In this document: positions 28,101 to 40,100 of the stretch, piece by piece
How the letters are laid out: each line of letters opens with the position of its first letter
Numbering within the stretch: position 1 is the first letter of the stretch
Origin: Negaprion brevirostris
Lineage: Eukaryota
Length of the DNA: 64,000 bases
Direction of reading: 5' to 3'
Assembly (NCBI GenBank): GCA_030324005.1
Contig: JARDVH010000124.1
Coordinates: 18,484,792 to 18,548,791 of the forward strand
Notes under the pieces: generated by a model
Told to the model about the DNA's origin: nothing
The model's database searches: none
The model's input: the letters and a program-made list of their open reading frames with translations, nothing else
Position numbers and translations under genes: made by a program

Positions 28101-31100
28101 NNNNNNNNNNNNNNNNNNNNNNNNNNNNNNNNNNNNNNNNNNNNNNNNNNNNNNNNNNNNNNNNNNNNNNNNNNNNNNNNNNNNNNNNNNNNNNNNNNNN
28201 NNNNNNNNNNNNNNNNNNNNNNNNNNNNNNNNNNNNNNNNNNNNNNNNNNNNNNNNNNNNNNNNNNNNNNNNNNNNNNNNNNNNNNNNNNNNNNNNNNNN
28301 NNNNNNNNNNNNNNNNNNNNNNNNNNNNNNNNNNNNNNNNNNNNNNNNNNNNNNNNNNNNNNNNNNNNNNNNNNNNNNNNNNNNNNNNNNNNNNNNNNNN
28401 NNNNNNNNNNNNNNNNNNNNNNNNNNNNNNNNNNNNNNNNNNNNNNNNNNNNNNNNNNNNNNNNNNNNNNNNNNNNNNNNNNNNNNNNNNNNNNNNNNNN
28501 NNNNNNNNNNNNNNNNNNNNNNNNNNNNNNNNNNNNNNNNNNNNNNNNNNNNNNNNNNNNNNNNNNNNNNNNNNNNNNNNNNNNNNNNNNNNNNNNNNNN
28601 NNNNNNNNNNNNNNNNNAGCTTTTAATATATGTATGTGATTATACCTGATGGAGATTGGCTTTTCATCTTTCTAGCAACATAAACTGCATGCTGTGAAAA
28701 CTAAATCATTTATGGAGACTGAAACCAATATGGATCGATTGTCTGTGACACCTTAAAGACTTAATCCCACACTACGTTGGCCTCTTAGTTGCTGCTCCGT
28801 AACAACAATGCCGTTTTAAAATATTTCCAGGAAGCCCATTCGGATAGATTGAAGCTTCATTGTTATTTGCATTATTATTAGTAACATTTACCTGATGGGA
28901 ACAAAATGGAATCAATTTGGATGCTGCCGCACTGAAGAACAAAGGCCCATTTTCTGTATCCAAAATACAATATAGAACAGGTGGTGTAATTTAGCTGTCC
29001 CAGTTCCACACTGCAGAAGAGTTACTGACATAAAGCTGGTATATGTAATGTACAATGCTTTTTATTTGTGAAAAAAAAATCTGGTACAAAAGTGCCTAAG
29101 TTTACCATGGTATGGTGAGTTGTACTCTTTGTTTGGGTTAAAGCCCCTTCTTGGAGCATGTAGAATTTTATTTTGAGTCTAACCCACATACATCCAACCG
29201 TTAAAAGTGCAATGTCAACATTGTTCCATTACACTGCACTGAGATCCCTCATTCTGACAATTGCAAACGTTCAATAAAAAATATAAAATAAGAAAGAAAA
29301 GCTGCCATTCATGTAACTTAAAATGCTTCGAGAAAAATTGACATCAACACTGGAAGAGAAGAAGCAGCTATCTTTTCATTTGGAGAACCTGACAGACCAA
29401 TGGAAAGACATAACTGATAAAGTAAGTATCAAGTACAGAAGAAGAAATGTTGCTGCCAAGAAATGAAAGGTATGTGAAATAATGATGATCTCAATTTTAC
29501 TGATGGATTTTATTAGGTGAATGGTGTCACCCTTAACTCTGAGTTGAAAGATAATGTGTTTAAGACCTAACCCAAGAGTTGAGCACATAATCAAAGCTGA
29601 TGCTTCAGTGTGGTGTTCAGGAAATGCTACCCTCTTGGGTAGGAGTTAAGGATTTTGCAGCACTTTTCCATGAGGAAGAATCCTGATGTTCTGAGTGTTC
29701 ATCTTTCAACCATGCAGTACAGCAGGTAATAAAGAAAGTTAATAGAATGTAGGCATTTATAGCTAAAGGAACAGAATATAAAGGTAAGGAAGTATTGTTG
29801 CAACTATACAAGGCATTGGTGAGGCTGCACCAGCAGTATTGTGCACAGTTTTGGCCCCCTGATGTGAGGAATGATGTAAGTGGCATTTTCAACAGTTCAG
29901 AGGAGGTTCAATAGATTGATTCCAGAGGTGAAGGGTTTGTTGTATGAAGGGGGGTTGAAGAGTTTAGGCCTATATTCTCTGGAATTGAAAAGAATGAGGG
30001 GAGATCAAATGGAGGCATACAAGATGATAAAAGGTATGGGTAAAGTAGACATGGAGTGGATGCTTCCCCTGGTGGGCATTCTAGGACGAGAGGTCATAGT
30101 CTTAGGATAAGGGGTAGCAAATNNNNNNNNNNNNNNNNNNNNNNNNNNNNNNNNNNNNNNNNNNNNNNNNNNNNNNNNNNNNNNNNNNNNNNNNNNNNNN
30201 NNNNNNNNNNNNNNNNNNNNNNNNNNNNNNNNNNNNNNNNNNNNNNNNNNNNNNNNNNNNNNNNNNNNNNNNNNNNNNNNNNNNNNNNNNNNNNNNNNNN
30301 NNNNNNNNNNNNNNNNNNNNTTTGATGAGCTGAGTAGCCTACTTCGGCTCTAATATCTTATGAACTTATGAACCCACATAATTGAAATACGTCGGATGAG
30401 GTTCTGTGACCTTCCCTCAGCACCTTTCTTGATGACAGCGTGTCGTTCTGGTCCCATCGCTGGCAATGGGAATTCCCACTGAAGTCACCCCCTGCCACAG
30501 ATTTCCCTGTGGCAGGGGCTGTGCTGCTGGTGGGACAAGCAGGGTGAAATGACTGGAGAATTCCGGCTTTCACCTAGCCATGTACTTCGATTCTGTTTCT
30601 CTGCAAATACATTGCACAAAAGGATGTTGCCTGGGTTGGAGTGTTTCAGCTATTGAAGAGAGGCAGGTTAGGCTGGAGTTCCTTTCCTAGGGGCAGGGAA
30701 AGGTGGGGGGATCTGATTGAGGTGTACAAAATTATGAGGGACATAGATAGGAAAGAACTTTTCCCCTTTTACAGAGGGGTCAATAACCAGGTGGCATAGA
30801 TTTATGATAATGGGAAGGAGATTTTGAAGGATTTGATGAAAAGCTTTTGCATCCAGAGGGCAGTGGGAACTTGGAACTCATTGCCTGAAAGGCTGGTAGA
30901 GGCGGGAATCTTCATAACATTTAAGCAGCATTTAGATGAGCACATGAAATGCCACAATATTCAAAGCTTTGGATTAAGTTCTGAAAAATGGGATTAGAAT
31001 AAATAGGTGCTTGATGCAATCATGATGGACCAAAGGGGCTCTGTCTGACCTGTAAAACTATGATTCTATTGTTGCATTTTCTCACGTCTAACAGTGGCTA

Positions 31101-34100
31101 AACTTCTGAAGTATTTCATTGGAACTTATGCTCTGACATAGCGATAGTTACTATATAAATGCAAGTGATTGGTGTAACTTTTCCTATTTAACAAGAGCAT
31201 AGCAGAAATTGAAGTAAACGCAATTGTCTTCAGACTAAGATATGGTTATCTTAATAGGAGAATCTGTTCTGTTGATGTAGAAAAATGATTAAGGCAGGAT
31301 TTTATGGCCTCGCTCGCCCCAAAACCGTAAAATCCCGCCCGAGGTCAATGGACCTTTTCTCGTCTGCTCTGGTTCCTGTGGCGGGCGGGATGGTTAAATT
31401 CTGGCCTGAGGGTGGAATTTTCTGGAGTTCTTTTTTTCCAAAGTTTTGATCCAGACAAGAAAAGCAGCGTGCAGCTGCACCGCTGACTTTTCCCACTCCA
31501 TTGTCCAACACTTTGAGAAGAAAAACGCTGGAAGCTCCCCACCCTAACAGGACGGAAAGTACAACCAAGATCCCTGCACACACGAGAGGAATCCCCCACG
31601 ATACAGTGGGAAAGACAATGACATGAAAATATATTTAAATGGCGTTTCTGCCATGCAATAACAAGAATCCTGTAATGTCATTGGAGGGGAGCAGGGATTG
31701 TCGCATTGTGAGATCTTGCCAGCGCAAATCTAATTTTCAGCCTCTTGTGAGATTTTGTGCCCCCATCATCATTTACACCCATGGCAAATGGGGTCTATAA
31801 AACCCCCCTAAGTGTCATCATTCATAATATTTAGTCTCTGAGTGATTCTGGAACATCAGGTCTTTCATTATATTTTAATTTAGTTTTCTTCGTATTGTGA
31901 TTTCCTCCTGCCAGTGTTGCAATCCTGCCATCAATTCCTTTTATAACTTTAAATTGAGTTTGAGATGTACATCACTGGTGAACATATTGACATTATTGAC
32001 ATCTCAGGATTAACAGGAAATGAACAGGAGACAGAGCTAAGAGGATATTGAGTGTTCCTTAAAAACAGACCAATTGAGCTAGATAGAGTACTGACATTAT
32101 TGATCAGCTGATAAACTCACCTTTTTGATGACAGTTAACAACAGGATGGAAGAGGTCTGAAAAAATATGGGTAGAATACCACAATAAAAAGAGCATCAAT
32201 TAAGATTGTCAATTGAGAGGGGCAGAGACCTTTTGTGTCCTTGTGCAACAGCCGCTGAAAATAATTGCACAGATACAGCAGGTGCTAAAGAAGGTAAATG
32301 GTATGTTGGCCTTCATAGCGAGAGGATTTGCATATAGGGATAGAGATATTTTGCTGCAGTTGTATAGGGCATTGGTGAGGCCACAGCTGGAGCCTTGTGT
32401 GCAGTCTTGATGTCCTTACTGGATGAAGGATGTCCTTGCTATAGAGGGAGTACAGTGAAGATTTATCAGGCTGATTCTTGGGACGGCAGATCTGTCATAT
32501 GCGGAAAGACTAAGTCAGTTAGGTTTATATTCTCTGGGGTTTAGAAGAGTAAGAGGGGATCTCATAGAAACTTATTAAATTCTAAGCAGGTTAGGGTTAG
32601 AATCTATAGAGTAGATTGTGGATGTGGTGCTAATCAAGTGGGCTGCTTTTTTCTGGATGGTGTCAAACTTCTTGAGTGTTGTTGGAGCTGCACCCATCCA
32701 GGCAAGTGGGGAGTATTCCATCACATTCCTGATTTGTGCCTTGTAGATGGTGGATAGATTTTGGGGAGTCAGGAAGTGAATTACTCGCCACAGTATTCCG
32801 AGCCTCTGACCTGCTCATGGAGGAATCAAGATGGGTGATGGTGGGGTAGAGTTAGGTGTTATTAGCAAAACTAACTTGCATTTTTGTATGATATTGATGA
32901 AGGCCCAAGGATGGATGCTTGGGTAACCCTGGAGGCAATGTTGCAGGAATGGAATGAGAAGTCATTGAGTGGATCAATAAGAAGGGAAGCAGGTGAGAGC
33001 AGTCCCACCTAGCTTGATATTAGTGAAGGGGCATTGGAGGAGAGCAGATCAGTGCCGTTCAGGAAAAGATGTGATTAAATAACAAGGACTGAATGACCTA
33101 TTGCAATGTTCTTAAAACTGAAGAGGTCAAGCAGATGATCCAGTCCCTTGAATCATTACTGAAAAAGTCTGGTTAACATTTTAATAAAATTCCCAAATGT
33201 ATTTTAAGTGGATTTCCGTAAATCTTGTTGCGTGAGTAGTGCTTGTATTTAGTGTAATGGAATATTCCTTTCTGTTATTATTTCTAGCTCCAGAAAGAAG
33301 AACAGAGAAATATCCACCTGGCTGCAGAGATTGATAAGCAAAATCAAATTCTAGCCAAGTATAATAAAGGTTTTTGCATCCTTTCTCTGATAAACCCATC
33401 GAATTAGAACAATGATTGTTAAATCATATACAATAATTACTCATTTTTAGTAAAAAAAGGCTGTTAGATTTACTAAATATTCTGACAAAGTATTAGTCTT
33501 AGCAACAGTGACTCCAGATAAAAATTAGTAATTTTACTTCAGTCTGTTTATACAGTTATATTGTAATTTGCAACTGTGGATTATCAATGAGTAAACATGC
33601 TATGCCTTTTCATAATTGTTAATCTTGCACTGTTGACCTAATTCTCAATCAGTTACAAAGTTAAATTTGTTGTGATATAATATTTAAAGTCTATTTGTTT
33701 GTGTCACAAGTAGGCTTACGTTAACAGTGCAATGAAGTTACTGTGAAAATCCATTAGTTGCTACACTCAGGTGCCTGTTCAGGTACACTGAGGAAGAATT
33801 TAGCATGGCCAACTCATCTAATCAGCCTTTTTAGAATTGGGAAGAAGAAGAGGAAACCCATGCAGATATGGGGAGAATGTGCAAACTCTGCACAGACANN
33901 NNNNNNNNNNNNNNNNNNNNCCCAGATCCCTGAAGCTGTGAGGCAGTAGTGCTAACCACTGTGCCACCCATATAATGTGTATTTAACTTTAAGGAAACAT
34001 ATTTTAAACTGCTGTCAATTATCAACATCTCAACAAGATATGTTGCATTAGCCTCATGATGTGTTCAGTTTACAAGCAGTGACAATAGTGAACACATTTA

Positions 34101-37100
34101 TATATAATCCTATCTTCAAATGAAGAACTTATTATTATTTTATTAATTTGTATCATGTGATTGGGACATTTATGTTGAAGAGAAGAAGATAACATGGTGG
34201 CCACGTGGTTTGGTGTTTACAAACACCAAGCCTCATCATTTGTAAGTGATTCTGTCGCTCTGGAGGAATCTTGCCTTCATTCAACATTGTTCTACCTCGC
34301 AGTCAGCAGGCATCAGATCCTGGTAAGATTGTTTGAATCTGGGAGCACTTAAACCAGCATAAGCCTGTCTGCTGCAAAGCTTAAACAGGCACAGAAATTC
34401 AATAGCTGACTTTGGGATGTCTAAGTTTGAACAGAACTCACAGATAGGAAAAGTGCCATTACTGCTGCTTACCGTTCCTACAAGAGCACTGGGGAAGTTA
34501 AAATACTGAAGACTGGGCTGGGAAGAAAACATCCATTCAGTAATAGCTTCTAACTGCTGGAAGATGCCTGCTTTTAAAAAAAAGGAACAACTTTCAATGC
34601 ATTATGTTACTTTAGAAGTCTGCAGTTTCTATTCACATCTAAAATCACTGTCTTGTTGGAAGAGCTTCAGCAATCCCAGAAAAAAATCAAACAGCTCAAT
34701 AACCCCACCACTGTGGTCAAGCAGTAGCATAATACCAGCTAAAGATTCTGCAACTCAGAGCTGAACTAACTTCAGAAGAACTTTAGACAGCCTGAATAGC
34801 TGTCAGCAGTTTCAGATGGCATTAAAAATCCTGCAAAAAGCTCAGAGATGACCACAAAATTTCCAGCAGTCGATTAGAAAGCAGTGGACCTCCTATTCAA
34901 GTTTACTTTATTCTGACAACATGTTGAGCTATTTTCTTTGGACCTCGATATCTCAAAACTAGATAAAGCTGTTAAATTTAAAATTGCCGCAGGCAATGAA
35001 GGCTTCCCATTGACTGATTATGTCAAGTCTCTATGATGATTGATTTTAAAATTCAAACAAAATATGGCTAACACGCGAAGATCTATTGAGTGAAGCTCAA
35101 CTTCAGAATGCACTGCTTGGAATTCATATCCTTTAGTGAGTAACCAACAGAGAACATTGATCACTTCACAATTAGATGCAGAGACAAGGGTGGCAGAGGC
35201 AGATGACAGAATTACTGAGCTTGTGATGTGCCAGTGGAAGCATTACAAAAACTATCTTGGACCAACTTAAAGGTTACACCGTGGAAGTGATATGACAAAG
35301 CAGACAAAGTACAAAGCCATATTATTGGGTATCAGCTATGTGTAATTTGTCCATCTTTGTCAGAATAGCCAATACAGGGAAATCTCATAAGCAATGAGGA
35401 TAGTGTGTCCTCATATATGCACTCAGATGTTGTCCAGCTTTTAACAATATATGCAAGGGGTGTGGAAATAGAGGGCAATGGAAGTGCCAATGCAGAAATT
35501 CGTGGCAAAACAAATGGCTCAGTGCCATGAGAAGCTAGTTACAGAGGCCACATAGGTCCAGCATTCTGACCAACCAAGAACACGTATCAAAAATCGCGAA
35601 GATAAGGGGTGGGATTCTCTAGCTGCACTCGCCCCAAAACCAGAGAACCAGAGAATGAGGTCAGTGGACCTTTGCATGGTCCACTCCCCACCCACTATGA
35701 TTCTCGTGGTGGGCGAGATGGGAGAAATCCCCCCAAGATTTACAAAACTACACTTTAGATAATAGGGATGACCAAAACATCAATACAAAGTGAGCTGGCA
35801 TTCAGTATGGTAACCAACAAAGCATGTATTGGCACACTGATACCAAGCCTTTTCCACCATCCAGATTGTGTGCCCACAGATGGAAGTCAGCATAATCTAG
35901 TTTGAAAACTGGATACAGGTGCAAATATCTTTCCACTTTGTGTGTAAATGTAAATATCCAGAGATGTGGCAAATAATGCTTTAACCAACCATTGCCAAAC
36001 TCGCTCAGTACCATAGCTTGGTGATTCCATTTATGGNNNNNNNNNNGTATTGTAAGAAAAACTCACCTAGGTCTCCAGAGATGTTCATATTGTGGAAACC
36101 TCAGGTCCAGTGCTCTCAGGTCTACCGCTATTCACTGATCTAACTCTGCCAATCACAGTGTTGACAACTCCAAGTTGAAGGTGACAGGACATCCAGTGGC
36201 TCACCCAACACTACTATACTCAGGCACATTTGACAAGATTGCAAGTTTCAAGGGTGATGCAGTTTTGCATCTACCTGCTCCTCTATCCATCAATATGCCA
36301 ACAAGTGTAGCATTCCAATCCAGAACAAGATGAAAGCTGAACTGGATAGAATGGAGAGAGGTGGCATAACCCAAGAATTCCAGCAGGCTAATGTAGCTCC
36401 ATCATAAGCATCATCCAAGTAAAATTGTTCGATATGCATTTGCTTGGATCCCCGGGCCTCAAGTTGATTTGAAAATGATGCCCTCACAAAATGATCTCAA
36501 AAGGTCATTTTAAAGGAACATCAACTCTTCAGTTTTACAATTGGAGTGAGGAGATTACACTTGTGGTTCTATATCAAAAAAAGCATTCCTTCTATGTGAA
36601 AGGAAGCCTATTGATTTTGCCTCCAGGGTTTGTCCACTGCTCAGGCTAATTATTCAAATAAAGAGCGCAAAACCTTGGCACTGGTATTCAGCATCCAGCA
36701 GTTAAACACTTACGTCTTTGGAAGCGTGATGTTTGTGTAAACCGGTCATAAGTTGTTTGAAATGATCTGATGTGAACTCCTAACCCGTATACCACTAAGA
36801 TTACAATGCCTACTGGTCAAAATGTAAGGCTATGATTGTGATGTGTGCCAGAAGCTGAGTAATTCCATGGTCACATCTAGTACTTTAACCCATCAAAAGC
36901 TGCAGACATCTCCCTAGATTTGCAAGTAGTGGGCATTGTGGATGTTGTTCTGCACATTGACCTGATGCGCTTTGGCCAGCCTAAGTACCGAGCACTGCAA
37001 TGGGAAACATCAGTGACTCTGTAAGACAGAGATTGGCAGATGGTCAGAATCCCAGACATTTCAGAGGTTGAAAGAACATTGTGACCCTACAAAGTAGAAC

Positions 37101-40100
37101 TCAGAATATCTTAAGGAGTCATCTTTAAGGCAAAGCAAAGTTGTTATCACAGACCTGATCTGCTCCAACAATTGCGTCAGGCACATGTGGAAATTGATCA
37201 AACTAAAAAATTGGCCAGAGAGATGATTTATTGGCCAGCAATCTACCAAAGTGTCAAAAAGATTGTGAAGAAATGTGAGGCATGTCAAACTTTCATGCCT
37301 AACAACTGAAAAAAAGCGTTATTGTCTCTCAAGGTACTTACGCACCCTTGGACCATACTCACAACTAACCTCTTCAGCATTAACAGAGGTGATTTCTTAA
37401 TTGTAATGGGATTATTTTTTCCAATTTCCCATTCTTCCTCAATTACATGAAGCAATTCATATATGTTACAAATCCCTGCTGATGTTATGTTCAAGAATGT
37501 TTCAACCTGAAACATTGATTTTGTATGGTCTATTATTTTTCTGGACATTGATGAGAAATGTCTGTGGAAATGTAGAGAGCTCAGACCTGTCTGTCTTTAA
37601 ACAAATAAAAGTATTAAAGTATAAGAAAGATAATAAAACACTGCAAAGAAAAAAATTATGCTTCAGCAAATTAAAAGTAATCACTTAGTCCCTCAAAGAA
37701 TGAAAATCCAAAAATACCTCTTTCCCCCTGTACACAAACTGTGCTGAGATGCCTATTTCCTAAACAACCAGAAACCTAGTTGTCAAATCTAGTTAGTGGT
37801 TAGCATGCTGTACAGCTTAGGTGACCAGGACTTGGGAATGGGCTTAGGTTCAAGAAGAACTTTTGCACAAACTGACTTGCCTTTAGTACTTAATCCCCAA
37901 CTGAGCTGTTGCCTGAAGCTGGCTGCCTCTCTCTTTCTTGCTGCTGCTGCTTCAACACCTCATCTGTGCTTAAACTGCTTCCTGGCTCACAGCACTCTGA
38001 CTACTAATTGTTTCAGTTGCAAAGAAGACCTTGTTCCCTATTCTTTCTTTTCCCTTAGTTGTTGCCCAGACATGTTTACAAAAATACATGGCAGTTTGAT
38101 TTTACTTGTGCAAAAAAATCATTTGAATAGCATCCTACCATTTTGTGACACTAAGACTGGATGGATAAGAAAACAGCCACTATGTTTCAGACAATTGTAT
38201 ATTTATTGCTTTGCAAAATGGTTTATTCAGATGCTATTATTTAGTTTTGTAGTAAAGAGTTAGTTTCTTTAAAGGCAAACCTTCAGTTAGCAATTGAGGA
38301 CATCTTAAATTGGTGTCAATCACTACCACCTCGACAGAATGTGATGTGTTAGGAACATAGGAACATACAAATTAGGAGCAGGAGTAGACAAATTCAGCCC
38401 TTTGAGCCTGCTCTGTCATTCAATCGGATTATGGCTGATCTCTCAAATCCACCTCTCCACCTGTTCCCCATGTCCCCTTATCCTTTTTTTAAATTAGAAA
38501 TATATCTATCTCCTTGAAATCATTCAATGATTCCAACTACTCTGTGTTATGGGGCAGCGAGTTCCACAAATTCACTACACTCTGTGAGATGTAGTTCGTC
38601 CTCAAGTAGCAGTTTAAAACTACTTCCTCTCAACCTATATCTGTGACCTGTTGTTTTAGACTGCCCCATAAGAGAAAACAATTGGTATACAATTACTTTA
38701 TTAATCCTTTTTAAAATGTCATTTACTTCGATCAGATCCTTTCTCATCCTTATAAACTCAATGAGTACAAGCCCAAACTGTTTAATTTCTCCTCATACGT
38801 CAACCTTTTCATCTCCGGAATCAATCTGGAGAACACCCTCTGAACTGCCTCCAATGCCACCACATCCTTCTTCAAATAAGGAGACCAGAACTGGACACAA
38901 TATTCCAGATGTGATCGCGTCAGCACCCGATACAATTGCAACAACACTTCCCTACTTTTATACTCCAACATTCCATTTGCCTTTTTAATTACATGCTGCA
39001 CCTGCATACCAACTTTCTGTGATTCATGAATTCAGACTCTCAGATCCCTCTGCCCAATGCACTTTGAATCTATTTTTCATTTAGGTCATAATTTGACTTC
39101 CTATTTTTTTCTGCCAAATTGCCAAACTCATACTTATCCACATCAAACTCCATCTGCCAAATTTTGCCCTATTCTCCTAGCCAGTCTATATCCATCGGTA
39201 AAATCTTTATATCCTCTTTGCTGCCTGCTTTCCTACTTATTTTAGTATCATCTGCACATTTTGCTATGTTACACTCTGTCCCTCGTGCAGATCATTTATA
39301 TAGATTGCAAACAGTTGAAGTCCGAGGATTGCTAGTTAAAGGTTGCCAGCCAGAGAAGGACTCATTTATCCCAACTCTCTGCTTTCTTCAGTCAGCCAAG
39401 CCTCAATCCAATCTAATACTCCACCCACAATCCCCTGCAATCTCACCTTCTGGATCAGTCTTTCACGCAGCATAACCCTCATAAATGATGTTAACTAAAG
39501 TTAAAGCTGAAGTTCATGGCATTCAGGGCAGGAGATTGGCTGAACGACAAGAGGCGCACTAAGAATAATGAGCAGGTATTCTAATTGGCAGGATGTGACT
39601 CAAGACTGGGGCCTAAACTATTCATGTCTTTATTAAAGACTTAGATAATGGAAAGAGAGTTGAACATCCAAATTTGCCAATGGCACAAAAATAAGTATTG
39701 TAAATAATGTAAATGAAATCTATACAAATAGATATCAATAGATTAAGTGAATGGGCAAAATTTTGGCAGATGGATTTCTTTGTAGGCAACTGGTCCTAAA
39801 AGATCAGAGTATTTTCCAAAATCTAGGAGCCAGTGGAGGTTCAAAGAGACTTGGAGGTCCATGAGCATTCACATGTCTTCGCAGGTACAGTCATTCATCA
39901 GAAATGTTAATGGAATGCTGGCCTTTCTATCCAAAATTAGAGAACTAAGGAATAGAACTCATGCTATGGTTATACAAATGTTAGACCACACCTGGAATAT
40001 TATGTTCAGTGCTGTGCAGAAATGATATATTGGTCTTGGAAAAAATACAGCATGGTGTTAATACTTTAATGATGACTGGACTCAAGGGATTAAATTACAA

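Noticed and set aside
28789-28980. Possible exon 5 (AG|[13 protein letters not shown]..)
   Set aside because: Three in-frame stops, wrong end phase and a weak donor; at best a decayed remnant, so not listed as a feature.
29300-29323. U12-type (AT-AC or AT-AA) acceptor for exon 6
   Set aside because: AC at 29316-29317 would preserve phase, but there is no TCCTTAAC branch site upstream and the partner donor is unknown.
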